Under the pieces are notes generated by a model. That model made no database searches, was not told where the DNA came from, and saw only the letters and a program-made list of their open reading frames with translations. Of a DNA stretch of 64,000 nt, positions 50,913 to 64,000 are shown piece after piece (positions within the stretch are counted from its first letter, which is position 1; every line of letters begins with the position of its first letter). Origin of the DNA: the human T2T-CHM13v2.0 reference genome, Homo sapiens. The stretch lies in the NCBI RefSeq assembly GCF_009914755.1, contig NC_060947.1; one strand, given 5' to 3'. Both the position numbers and the translations under genes were made by a program.

Positions 50913-52847
50913 AATTTGACACCAAAAGCATAATCCATAAAAGGAAAAGCTGATAAAATGGACTTTATCAAAATTGAAATTTTTTTCTATGTGAAAGAAG
51001 ATGAAAAGACAAGGTATACACTAGGAGAAAATATTTGAAAACTACATATTCAACAAAAGACTAGCATCTAAAATATATTAATAACCCTCAAAGTTCAACA
51101 GTAAAAAGTTAATACAATTTAAACAATTGTCAAAAGATATGAAGAAACATTTCACTGAAGAGGTTATACAGATGGTAACTACATGAAAATTTCTTCAACG
51201 TCATTAGCCATTTGGGAAACGCAAATTAAGACCACAATGCAATATCGCTATAACCTATCAGAAAGACTAAAATTAAAAAATGGTGACAATACCAAATGCT
51301 GGCAAAGATACAGAGAAACGGAGTCACTAATACATTGCAGGTGAGCATGCACAACGGTACAACCATTATGGACAATGGTTTGTCAGTTTTGTATTTTTAA
51401 AAAAGAAACATGCAACTACCACATGACCTAGTAATTGCAATCCTGGACATTTACCCCAGAAAAAAGTGAAAATTTATGTTTACAACAAACCTATACATAT
51501 TTATAGTAGTTTTATTTATAATAGCCCAAAACTGAAAACAACCTATATGTTCTTCAGCAGGTGAATGTTTAAACAAATTGGTATATCCATACCATGGAAT
51601 ACTCCTCAACAATAAAGAAAACTATTGATACATCTGTGGGTGAATCTCCAGAGAATTATGCTGAGTAAAAAAATGTCAATCCCTAAAGGGATATGATTCT
51701 ATTCATGTAACATTCTGGGAATGACAAAATCATAGAAATGGGAAACAGATTTGTGGTTACCAGAGGTTACAGAGGGAATGGTAGTGGGAGGGAAGTAGGT
51801 GTGGCTATAAAAGGGCAATATGAGGGTTCCTTGTGGTGGTGGAAATGTTCTGTATCTTGATTATATTAATGTCAATATCTTCTCTGTGGTATTGTACTAT
51901 AGTTCTGCAAGGGGTTACTATTGGGGAAAACAGAGTACAATTTACATGAGATCTATCTGTATCATTTTTCTGCAACTGCATGTGAATCTATAATAAAAAT
52001 AACAAGTTACCTAAGAAAAAATATTGTTTATCTTGATTACTGAGATTTTCAGCATTCCCTTAAAATTATGCTCAAGTCAACTACCTCCACTCACCTCACT
52101 CTAGCTTCAGCCCTGTTCCTTCTCTTTCTGTATCTCCAGGGCCTAGTGTAGACCCAGCCCTCAGTGAATTAATGCTGTACAGATGGGGAGTGAACGGCTT
52201 CCCCTCAGATGAATTATTCTCAGTCATACTATGCTCACAGAGAGAAACAATATGCCTTCTCTCCTCCTCCCCAACTTCTTTCTTTCCACTCTTGTGTTAA
52301 TGATCAACTTTCAACATTTTTGAGGCTGTCTGATTTCAGTTTGGGAGCCCAAATATATCAGCAATCTTCTACCTTTTTCAGAGGCACATAGGGGCAAAGA
52401 CTACACTGAAAGGATCCTAGACCAGGCATTGAAAATCCTAGTATTCAATGTAGGCTTAACAACTCATTGGATGTGGGACCTTGGACAAGGCACTTTACTT
52501 CTTGGAGCCTCGGTTTCCCATCTGCAAAAATGGGAAAATAATAATGCCTTCCTGTGAAGAAAGTATCATTACCTGGAAAATTCAGTGTAGCTGAAAGATC
52601 TGAATATTCATTTTAAATCTCCCTATCTCTGTGAAATGAAGATAAAAGAGGGAAGGTATGGGAAGATGTGATGGTGATTGTATAAGAGTTTATTTAGGCA
52701 TTGTGGTGTTACATTGTCACACTTACCTCCACTAGACCTTGAAGATCATCCCAGTGGTCAATACTGGTTAAGCATAGGACTTATCAGTGGTTGAAAGGCT
52801 CAAATTTATTTCTATTTTTTAAGAACCCTGACATATTACAAAGTGGA

Positions 52848-52980
52848 GGGGTGCAGTGGTGCGAGCCTGTAAATCCAACTACTTGGGAGGCTGAGGCAGG
52901 AGGAGTGTTTGAACCTAGAAGTTCAAGACCAGGCTGAGAAACATAGCATCACCCTGTCTCAAAATGAAACAAACAAAACT
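52848..52980 (+). mobile_element. Alu monomer (FLAM-like)
   Basis: Single ~115-bp arm ending ccctgtctcaaaa with an A-rich tail. Confidence 0.8.
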
Positions 52981-53019
52981 ATTCTCACAGCTTGCCAGGA
53001 GTGAAAGAAAAAAAGTAGA

Positions 53020-53600
53020 AACATTGGCAGTTCCTCAACAAGTTAAACATAGAATTACCCATATGACTCATTAATTCTACTCCTAGGTATATACCCAAGA
53101 GAAATAAAAACATATATCCACAGAAAAACTTGTATGTGAATGTTCATAGCAGCATTAACCTTAAGAGCCCAAAAAGTAGAAATGAACCCAAATACCCATC
53201 AATTGATGAGTGGATAAATAAGGTGTGGTCCGTCTTTACAATGAAACATTATTCATCCATAAAACAAATGAAGTATTGATCACATGCTAAAGCAAATGAA
53301 CCTTGAAAATATGATGTTAAGTAAAAGTCAGACACAAAGGACTATATGTTTATGATTCCATTCATGTGAAATATACAGTATAGGCAAGTACATAGAGACA
53401 GAGAGTAAATTAATGGTTGCCAGGGGCTGCAGGGAGGAAAAAATGGGGAGTGACTTCTTAATGGGTATGAGGTATGAAAATGTTCAAGAATTAGATAGTC
53501 ATGATGGTTCCAAAACACTGAAAATGTACTAAATTATACACTTAAAACATAACTGTATATTTTTATTGGTGAAATTTACGGTGAGTTATATCTTCATAAA
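53020..53600 (+). mobile_element. L1MB-like 3' end
   Basis: Motifs gttaaacatagaattacc, actcctaggtatatacccaagagaaat and tggttgccaggggctg. Confidence 0.8.
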
Positions 53601-54480
53601 AATGTCAAACCATGCCTTATTTCAGTGACAATATAAACGCTTCAGTCTCAACTTAAGACCTTTCATAAATGAGACATTCAGAGCAAATGAGCATTCTTGT
53701 TCACCTTCCCTGCCTGACTCCAATCTCCGACAGGCTCAGATTGAACATCCCTCAATCTATGTCAGCTACACGTCTGCTAAGATTGTAGCTGAATCCACTA
53801 ATGCCCACATCCAGGCTCAAATATGCTCCAGTTTATAAGCTCATCAGCAAGAGTTATAATAACCTCTGCCCACTGCCTTGTGGGGTTCAGAATTTATTCA
53901 CATTCTCAAACTTGGGTTTGGGTGATCCCTCACAATAGCTGAATTCCCCAAGCTTCCTTTATCCCAAGCATACCAAGAATTTAGTTATCCCAGGGACCAA
54001 AACTAGTCATGTTGGTACGTCATTCCCTAATTCGGACTTGCCTGCTCTGCCTCATGGTGTGCCCAGTCTTCAGGGCTAGATTTCTGCTTTTGTCCCATCT
54101 TCTGTGCTGATGGTTTACTGTGGTTGATACCGCCAAGTTCCATTCCCTCTTTTCCTCCCACACATACCAAGCACTATCAAGGCTCGTCATTCTCCAACCT
54201 GCTTTTACCGTCTGCTAACACCCTTACTTAAGACAGATCTAATCCTTGCACCTCCTGGATGCAGACTGTGTCCTGGAGCAGAATCTTCCCAAATCCCAGG
54301 TCCTACTTCCTTGGTGATTCCTGAGTATTTCACAGGAATCTGGATCCTTGGCTTCCTGACACACCTACTAGAAAGCTAAACTTAGTGATGTCACATCAGG
54401 TATTGGACCCTGGTCCTGGGCCCCTTAACTGTGCTCTCATTAGCCAACTTCTGCAAGCAAGGCTGTTGCATCCTCCACCA

Positions 54481-54655
54481 TAGAGTTGCAAGATTTAGCA
54501 ACTATACAAGATGCCCAGTTAAATTTGAATTTCAGATAAACAACAAATACTTTTTTTGTACAAGTATGTGTCGTGCAACATTTCAGACATATTAGGTTTT
54601 TTTGTTTATATAAAGTTCAAATTTAACAGGCATCTTGTATTTTATTTGACAACAT
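54481..54655. mobile_element. MER53 palindromic hAT MITE
   Basis: Arms atacaagatgcccagttaaatttgaattt and aagttcaaatttaacaggcatcttgtat are near reverse complements. Confidence 0.88.
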
Positions 54656-54783
54656 TCCCCCAGTGGAGATGGCATCAGTTTAGCCACCTCTTCCCTTCAA
54701 GCTCCCTGTCTTGGTGTTATCACCCTGCCATTCGTGTGTTGTCTGATTTATTGATTTTAGATCTTAATCTCAGGTTTCCTAGT

Positions 54784-55116
54784 TGCTATGACCTGAGTCT
54801 TTGTGTCCTCCTAAAAAAATTATGTTAAAATCCTAACACCCAAGACGATGGTATTAGTAGCTGGGTCCTTTCTGAGGTGATTAGGTCAGTGTTCTTATAA
54901 AAGAGGCCAGAGAGAGGTTCATTCCGCCTCTGCCATGTAAAGTTACAGTGAGAAGACAGTCATCCATGAGGAAGCAGGCTCTCACTAGACATGGAATCTG
55001 CTAGTGCCTCGATCTTGGATTTCTCAGCCTCCAGAACCACAATAAGCAAATTTCTGTTGTTAATGAGGCACCCAGCTAATGGTACTTTGTTATAACAGTG
55101 CAAATGGAATAAGACT
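54784..55116 (+). mobile_element. MaLR solo LTR (MLT1A-like)
   Basis: Starts tgctatg, contains gatcttggatttctcagcctccagaac, and ends ggtactttgttataacag...aagac. Confidence 0.82.
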
Positions 55117-55204
55117 CTACTTATTGCTAAGGGTCTTCCTCTACCCTACTCCCCAAGAGCACCCCCTCCTCTTCATTTTAAACCTGCCAACTCTTTATTT
55201 CAGA

Positions 55205-55805
55205 ATAATAAGAAGAAATGTTTGAGCACTTATGTGCAAACACTCTGCTTGGTGCTTTACCTGCAGTCTTTCATTTCATCCTCAAGGCAGTTGTTAGTTC
55301 AACTCTCGTTTTACAGATGAGGAAACTCAGATGCAAATAGGTGAAGTAAATTTGCCAAAACCACTTACTAAATGGCAGAATCAAGATCCTACTTAGGTGT
55401 ATTTTCATGTGTCTAAGATAATTATTTCCCATGAAAAAGGTCTATATCAGAATTTTAAAATGTTTGTGTCTCCACTTAAAAAAATGCCTCAAGTATTTTA
55501 TTTTGCAGTTATGGAAACATAACTTCACTTTTGCATGATGATTCATCATTAAATAATAAGTAACTTTCATTGAGTGATTAGTATAGCCTAGGCACTGTTA
55601 AACCTTTACAGGTATTATTAGTATGATTCTCACAACAATGCTATGAATTAGGCTCTATTATTATTCTCATTTTTAAAGCGGCAGAAACAGAGTCACAGAG
55701 AGGTAATGTAACTAGTCAAGGTCACCAAGTTCATAAGTGACACAGCAAGGGTCAAAGCCAGGCAATCTGACTACAGAGCTCATGTGTTGACCACTATGCA
55801 ATGCT
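55205..55805 (-). mobile_element. Two MIR elements
   Basis: MIR cores at ~55310 and ~55670-55730. Confidence 0.75.
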
Positions 55806-55812
55806 TTATATA

Positions 55813-55857
55813 AACAAGTCAAATAAAACAAGTCAAATAAAACAAGTCAAATAAAAA
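55813..55857. repeat. Three tandem copies of a 15-bp unit (aacaagtcaaataaa)
   Basis: Read directly from the sequence. Confidence 0.92.
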
Positions 55858-56782
55858 TTATATTTATATTGTTCAAATTAGGATATTCTTAGGGATCCAT
55901 GAAAAGTTTTGCTTTACATTATTCGTTTCAGGAACCCTGCACTCTTTTTTTACTTCCAATTTGTTCCTGTTGACTTTACCATTTCCAGCCTTTGAACTTC
56001 ATGGTTGAAAGTCAGGTTCAGGAATTCATTTCACAATCATGAATTATTATTTGTGATGTACTTTTTGTGCTCTGCTTGGCTTTTTTATTTACTGAAGCAA
56101 CATTGTGGTGTTAAAGCAACAGAATTTCAACAAATACTTATGGTAGATTCTTTAACAGTTTAAAGGTGGCCCAGTAGTAGGTGAAAATATTAGAATCTTA
56201 ATCCTAGTCCCTTATTTGTCTCTCACCTTCTTCCACAAAAAGAATTTCATGCAGTTTACAGAGATACACACATTGCAAAACAAACAAACAAAAAAACAAA
56301 GAAAATGAAAGAGTAAAGAGGGACAAATGGGAAATAAAAGCATAAAGTAAGATACATACAAAAGTAGAACTAGAAAACAAAATCTTACATAACTGCTAGT
56401 GGTAGCCATAATTCTATCTCAGAGCTTCTTAACAGCCAAAGTCAGAAGGAAATTACAAAATCAGTCATGCTTTTCTAGGATTCATGGGGAAAAAAGCAAA
56501 TCAGTTTCACAGAATCCCCTTGTCATTAAAAAAAAAAAAAAAAGGATTTTCTAGGTAATATCAGGAAAATGGCAGAGTAAACAACTCCATTCCCATCCCT
56601 CTACAGGAATATTTAAAAAGAAGCAGAAACTGTCAGAATCAACTTCATCAGGCTCTCAAAAAGAGTGGTTTATAGTAGCTGAGAACATGCCAAATCAAGA
56701 AAAAGGCAACTTTAAAATGGTAGGATATCTTGTGATGTTTTTACTTGTCTTTGCCCCACTGCCTCTCAAGCTTAGCAGTGGT

Positions 56783-57076
<294 letters not shown>

Positions 57077-59029
57077 TAGGTACACTTAGCTACATCTTGA
57101 AGATAGCAGCTACACTCTCAGTGTGGAACACTGGACTCTGGTTCTGGAAGAAGCATAGCAGACCTCACATGCAAACTATTTTCTAACTGTCTGGGGGCTG
57201 CCTGAAGGAATGATGCAAGGTGCTCTTTTCTGCTTTACCTACCTTGGAATCCTCTCAGGGCAGAAAACTTGTGAGCATTGCTTAAAAATATCGTAAAGCA
57301 AGGCAAATAAACAACACGAAGATGCTTGAGGCAAAAGATTAGCAATGAAATATGCAACAGGTCTGGGAGAAAAATCTGGGGGAGTTTGCTTGGGAAATCA
57401 GGGCATTCAAAGTATCTGTATATGAAATAATTTAGAGAGCCACACTTATGCCCAAGACAAGATGCATACTCAGAAAAAACCTGATAAGAGCACAGATTTC
57501 CACTGTGGGCTGATCCCTAGGCTCAGTGTTCAAAGGCTAAGATCAGGCTAAGTGATGAAGGAGCGGCCCAGCATAGAAAATTTGTAAAGACAGAAATAGG
57601 TGAATTTTTTGTTTGTTTGTTTTAGCTCTTGGAATTCAAGGAAATATGTCAAAACCATAGGTGAACACAAGCTAAGAAACAGAAACTTCAGTAACCACAG
57701 ACAAGAAATACAGTATCTGCAAAAATAGGAAAAGTAATGAAACAGGCTATTACAGTGTTAAAAAAAAAACCCACCCAACTCTGAGAAAGAGAAATAATCA
57801 GATTTCCAGAGTTACCACATTATAATATCCAAATGTCCAGTTTTCAACAAAAAAGCACAAGTCACAAAAAATAAACAGGAAAAGAAAGCTTATTCAAAAA
57901 GAAAATAAACAGAAACTATCTCTGAGGAAGCAACAAAGACTTTAACACAACTGTCATAAATATGCTAAAAGAACTAAAGGAAACCATGAGCAATGAACTA
58001 AAGGAAATCAGTAAACAATGTATGAACAAAATTAAAATATTCATATAGGAATATTAACTTTAAAAAGGAACCAAACAGATTTTTAAGCTGAAAAGTACAA
58101 TAACTGAAATAAAAAAAATTCACTACAGGGGTTCAGTAGAAAATTTGAGCAGGCAGAAGTCAGAATCAGCAAACCTGAAGATAGGACAACTGGAAGTACC
58201 CAGTCCTAAGAACCACAAACAGAAGATAATAGAGAAAGGTGAATAGAGCCTAAGGGACCTGTGGTACACCATTAAGTGGACCAACATACAAATTTGGGAA
58301 TCCTAGAACGAAAAAAGAGAGAGAGAGAAATGGTAGAAACAATATTTCAAGAAATAATGACTGAATACTTCCAAAATTTGATGAAAGGCATGATTCTATA
58401 CATCCCATAAGCTCAACAAATTCCAAATATGATAAATTCAAAGTGATACAAACTGACACATACTGTAATCAAATTGTTGAAAGCCAAAGACAAAGAGATA
58501 ATCTTGAAAGCAACAAGAGAAAAGCAACTCATTCTGTATATGGGATCCTCAATAAAATTAACAGCTGATTCTCATCAGAAACCATGGAGGCCAAAAGGCA
58601 GTGGGAAAACATTTAAATTGCTAAAAGAAAAAATTGTTAATCAAGAATTTTATATTTGACAAAACTATACTTTAAGGATGATGGCACTATCAAGACACAC
58701 CCAGATGAACAAAAGGTGAGGGAATTCATTAACACTGGACCACCCCTATGAGAAAACATATAGGAAGTCCTTCAGGTTGAAATAAAAGAAAACTAGGCAG
58801 TAACTCAAAACCATATGAAGAAATAAAGATTTCTGGTAAAGGTAACCAAACAGGCAAATCTAACAGCCAGTAATATCATATTTTTGGTTTCTAACACTTC
58901 TTTTTATTTTCTACATGATTTAAGAGACAAACTCGTAAAAAGAATTATAAATCTCTTATTGGTCACACAATATACATAGAAGTAATTTGTGACAACAACA
59001 TAAAGTGTGGGGCAAAGATATATAGTGGC

Positions 59030-59333
59030 ATTTATTTTTTTGAGACAAGGTCTTGACCTATTGCCCAGGATGGAGTGCAGTGGCACAATCACAGGTCATT
59101 GCAGCCTCGATCACCTAGGTGCGGGTGTTCTTCCCACCTCGGCCTTCTGAGTAGCTGGGACTACAGGCATGGCAGGACCACACCACCATGGCTGGCTAAT
59201 ATGTTCTTTTTTGGCAGAGATAGGGGTTTCACCATATTGCTCAGGTTAGTCTCAAACTCCAGGGTTCAAGCAATCTGCCTGGCTCAGCCTTCCAAAATAC
59301 TGAGATTATAGGTGTGAGCAACCACGCCTCGCC
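59030..59333 (-). mobile_element. Diverged AluJ-like element
   Basis: Antisense Alu with degenerate TSD gt(g/a)gcattt. Confidence 0.88.
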
Positions 59334-59944
59334 AAGTAGCATTTTTTGTAGGCTATTAAAGTTAAATTAGTATCAATTCAAACTAAATTGTTATAAATTT
59401 AGGTTGATAAATGTAATCTACATGGTAACCATAAAATATCTAAAAGTATAAACAAGAGGCACTGAGAAGGCAATAGAAACTGTGCATGCAAAAAAGTCAA
59501 CTAAACACACAGAAAAGGCAGTAATGGAGGAAATGAGGGACAAAAAAGATATAAGACATACAGAAAGCAAATAGCAAAATGGCAGAAGTAAACACAAAAT
59601 ATAAATAAATTAAACTCTCAATGAAAAGGCAGAGATTGGCAGAATGTATTTACAAACACGATTCAATTACATGCTGTCTACAAGAGAATTCCTTTAGATC
59701 TAAACATGCAACCATACTGAAAATGAAAAGATGGAAAATATATTCCATCCAAATAATATCCAAAAGAGAGCTGGTGTGGCTATACTAATGTCAGACAAAA
59801 TAGACAAAAATACTTCTATTATAAGAGAAAAACTAGGATATTATACATTGAGAAAAAGGTCAGAAATATATTCCAATTATAAACATATCCACACCAAACA
59901 ATAGAACCTCAAAACATATGAAGCAAACACTGACAGAGTGGCTA

Positions 59945-60549
59945 AATTTGTGGCCTAACATATCATCTATCCTCAAAAATATATGCACTTGAGAAAAATG
60001 TGTGTGCTATTGTTGTTGTGTAGTGTTCTGCACATGTTAGATCTAGTTTGTTGTGTTAAGTCCTCTATATCCTTACTTATCTTCTGTCTGGTTGTTCTAT
60101 CAATTATTGAGAGTGGGATATTAAAGTCTCCAATTATTTTTATAGAATTATCTATTTTCTTCCTTCAATTTTATCAGCTTTTACTTCATATATTTTGATG
60201 ATCCATCATTAAGTATATAAATTTTATAATTTTATATTGGCTATATTAAATGCTTTATTAATATATACTATTTTTCTTTGTCTCTTATAATCATTTTTTT
60301 AAATTGATTTTGTCTGATATTAGCATAACCAATCCTGATCCCTTTGAATTACTATTTTCATTTAATATGAATATTATTCCATCCTTTCATTTTTTTATTT
60401 GTGTCTTTGGATTGAAAGTGAATCTCTTGTAGACAGCATACAGTTGGATTATGTGTTTTTTTTTTTTTTTTTTTTTTTTTTTAATCTATTCTGCCAATCT
60501 TTGTCCTTTGATTAAAAAGTTGAATCTGTTTGCATTTAAAGTAATTACT
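59945..60549 (-). mobile_element. Old L1M ORF2 EN fragment in opposite orientation
   Basis: Antisense EN motifs (gagagtgggatattaaagtctccaa, ctcttgtagacagcata). Confidence 0.78.
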
Positions 60550-63500
60550 GGGGTGGCTGGCAAGATGGCCGAGCAGGAACATCTCCGGTCTGCAGATCCC
60601 AGTGAGATCAACGCAGAAGGCGGGAGATTTCTGCATTTCCAACTGAGGTACGTGGCTCATCTCACTGGGACAGGTTAGACACTGTGTGCAGCCCACCACA
60701 GAGGGTGAGCTGAAGCAGGGTGGGGTATTGCCTCACCCAGGAAGCACAAAGGGTTGGGGAACTCACTCTTAGCCAAGGGAAGCCCTGAGGGGCTGTGCCT
60801 TGAAGAATTGTGCATTCCGGCACAGATACTATGCTTTGCCCATGATCTTCGCAACCTGCAGACCAGGAGATTCCCTTGGGTGCCTATGCCACCACGGCCC
60901 TGGATTTCAAGCACAAAGCTGGGTGGCTGTTTGGGCAGACACTGAGCTAGCTGCAAGAGCTTTCTTTTCATACCCCAGTGGCTCCTGGAATGCCAGCAAG
61001 ACAGAACCATTCATTCCCCTGGAAAGGGGGCTGAAGCCAGGAAGCCAAGTGGTCTAGCTCAGCAGATCCCACTCCCATGGAGTCCAGCAAGCTAAGATCC
61101 ACTGGCTTGAAATTCTCACACCAGCACAGCAGTCTGAAGTCGACCTGGGGCTCTCGAGCTTGGTAGGGGGACGGGCATCCACCATTACTGAGGCTTGAGT
61201 AGGCACTTATCCCCTCACAGTGTAAATAAATCCTCCAGCATGTTCAAACTGGGCAGAGCCCACCGCAGCTTGACAAAGCCTCCGTAGCAAGACTGCCCCT
61301 CTAGATTCCTCCTCTCTGGGCAGGGCATTTCAGAAAGAAAGGCAGCAGCCCCAGTCAGGGGCTTATAGATAAAACCCCCATCTCCCTGGGACAGAGCACC
61401 TGGGGGAAGGGGCGGTTGTGGGCACAGCTTCAGCAGATTTAAACGTTCATGCCTGCCAGCTCTGAAGAGAGCAGCACATCTCCAAGCACAGCATGTGAGC
61501 TCTGCTTAAGGGATAGACTGCTTCCTAAAGTGGGTCCCTAACCTGCATGCCTCCTGATTGGGAGAAATCTCCCAGCAGGCGCCAACAGACACCTCATAAA
61601 GGAGAGCTCCGGCTGGCATCTGGTGGGTGCCCCTCTAGGAAGAAGCTTCCAGAGGAAGGAACACACAGCAATCTTTGCTCTTCCGCAGCCTCTGCTGGTG
61701 ACACCCAGGCAAACAGGGTCTGGAGTGGATCTCCAGCAAACTCCAGCAGAGGGGCCTGACTGTTAGAAGGAAAACTAACAAAAAGAAAGGAATAGCATCA
61801 ACATCAACAAAAAAAGGACGTCCTGGCAGAAATCCCATCAGAAGGTCACCAACATCAAAGACCAAAGGTAGATAAATCCATGAAGATGAGGAAACACCAG
61901 CGCAAAAAGTCTGAAAATCCCAAAACCCAGGATGCCTCTTCTCCTCCAAAGAATCACAACTCCTCTTCAGCAAGGGAAACAAACCAAACAAGAATGAGTC
62001 TGATGAACTGAGAGAAGTAGGCTTCAGAAGGTGGGTAACAACAAATTCCTCCAAGCTAAAGGAGCATGTTCTAACCTAATACAAGAGAGCTAAAAACCTT
62101 GGGAAAAGGTTAGACGAATTGCTAACTAGAATAACCAGTTTAGAGAAGAACATGAATGACCTGATGGAGATGAAAAACACAGCACGAGAACTTCGTGAAA
62201 CATACACAGGTATCAATAGCTGAATTGATCAGCAGAATAAAGTATATCAGAGACTGAAGATCAACTCAATGAAATAAAGCATGAAGACAAGATTAGAGAA
62301 AAAAGAATGAAAAGGAATGAATAAAGCCTCCAAGAAATATGGGGCTATGTGAAAAGACCAAACTTATATTTGATTGGTGTACCTGAAAGTGATGGGGAAA
62401 ATGGAGCCAAATTGGTAAACACTCTTCAAGATATTATCTAGGAGAACTTCCCCAACCTAGCAAGACAGGCCAACATTCAACTTCCAGAAAAAAAGAGAAC
62501 ACCACCAAGATATTCCTTAAGAAGAGTAACCAGAAGACACATAATCATCAGATTAACCAAGGTTGAAACAAAGGAAAAAATGTTAAGGGCAGCCAGAGAG
62601 AAAGGTCAGGTTACCCACAAAGGGAAGCCCATCAGACTAACAGCAGATCTCTCTGCAGGAACCCTAGAAGCCAGAAGATTGTAGGGTTATTGGGGGCCAA
62701 TATCCAACATTCTTAAAGAAAAGAATTTTCAGCCCAGAATTTCATATCCAGCCAAACTAAGCTTCATAAGCAAAAGGGAAGTAAAATCCTTTACAGACAA
62801 GCAGTGCTGAGAGATTTTGTCACTACTAGGCCTGCCTTACAAGAGATCCTGAAGGAAGCACTAAACATGGAAAGGAAAAACTGTACTAATCACTGCAAAA
62901 ACATACCAAATTGTAAAGACCATCAACACTATGAAGAAACTGCATCAACTAATGGGCAAAATCACCAGCTAGCATCATAATGACAGGATCAAATTCACAC
63001 ATAACAATATTAACCTTAAATGTAAACGGGTTAAATGCCCCAATTAAAAGAAACAGAATGGCAAATTGGATAAAAAGTTAAGCTTATTGATGTGCGATAT
63101 TCAGGAGACCCATCTTATGTGCAAAGACACACATAGGCTCAAAATAAAGAGATGGAGGAATATTTACCAAGCAAATTGAAAGCAAAAAAAAGCAGGGGTT
63201 GCAATCCTAGTCTCTGATAAAACAAATTTTAAAACAACAATTATCAAAAAGACAAAGAAGGGTGTTACATAATGGTAAAGTGATCAATAAAACTAGAAGA
63301 GCTAACTATCCTAAATATATATGCACCCAATACAGAAGCACCGAGTTTCATAAAGCAAGTTCTTAGAGACGTAAAAAGAGACTTAGACTCCCACACAATA
63401 ATAGTGGGAGACTTTAACACCCCACTGTCAATATTAGACAGAGCAAAGAGCCAGATAATTAACAAGAATATTCAGGACTTGAACTCAGCTCTAGACCAAG

Positions 63501-63726
63501 TGGAACTAATAGACATCTATAGAATTCTCCACCCCAATTCAACAGAATATACATTCTTCTCACCAACACAACACAACACACTTATTCTAAAATTGACCAC
63601 ATAATTGGAAGTAAAACACTCCTGAGCAAATGCAAAAGAATGGAAATCATAACAAACAGTCCCTCAGACTGCAGTGCAATCAAATCAGAACTCAGGATTT
63701 AAAAACTCACTCAAAACTGCAAAACT
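60550..63726 (+). mobile_element. L1PA7-like element with intact 5' end: 5'UTR, ORF1 (~61886-62915, stops/frameshifts), ORF2 from 62980
   Basis: Starts ggggtggctggcaagatggccga; homologous to 4548-7975 in inverted orientation; EN peptide GDFNTPLSILDR. Confidence 0.94.
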
Positions 63727-64000
63727 GCCCCCGCCCAGCCAGCCGCCCCGTCCGGGAGGGAGGCAGGGGGTCAGCCCCCGCCCGGCCAGCCGCCCCGTCC
63801 GGGAGGGAGGCGGGGGGTCAGCCCCCGCCCGGCCAGCCGCCCCATCCGGGAGGTGGGGGGCGCCTCCGCCCAGCTGCCGCCCCATCCGGGAGGTGGGGGG
63901 CACCTCTGCCCGGCCGCCCCTTCTGGGAAGTGAGGAGCCCCTCTGCCCGGCCGCCACCCCGTCTGGGAGGTGTACCCAACAGCTCATTGAGAACGGGCCA
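63727..64000 (+). mobile_element. 5'-truncated SVA (VNTR into start of SINE-R), running off the window
   Basis: GC-rich VNTR units gccagccgccccgtccgggagg followed by gtgtacccaacagctcattgagaacgggcca. Confidence 0.95.

Noticed and set aside
55813-55857. 15-bp repeats as a CRISPR-like or regulatory array
   Set aside because: Head-to-tail tandem copies without spacers in primate DNA; ordinary slippage duplication.
63685-63987. 100-aa GC-rich minus-strand ORF
   Set aside because: Antisense translation of the SVA VNTR.

Overview
This is hominid (human-like) genomic DNA, and most of it is transposon debris. The only host coding feature I can support is the 53-nt first coding exon of ZC4H2 on the minus strand (37793-37741, MADEQEIMCKLESIKEI-R, followed by a GTAAGT donor). 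It sits in a CpG-enriched promoter carrying two divergently oriented ZNF143/THAP11-type motifs. Positions 1-37740 are therefore intron downstream of that exon, and 38-64 kb is upstream sequence. The repeats include several L1PA3/4/7-like elements, older L1M fragments, a two-LTR MER57A-type provirus nested in a Tigger3 DNA transposon, a solo LTR8-family LTR, MaLR LTRs, Alus, MIR/L2, MER5A, MER53 and a 5'-truncated SVA at the right edge. Almost all ORFs in the supplied track are L1 fragments or chance ORFs. I found no new multi-gene biological system. The notable signals are structural: three fold-back L1/L1 junctions with ~250-300 bp spacers, L1 repeats bracketing the ZC4H2 start exon, a scrambled L1PA7, a probable short L1 3' transduction and a relic second LTR inside the provirus. 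Subfamily names come from memory of consensus sequences and need RepeatMasker/Dfam confirmation.
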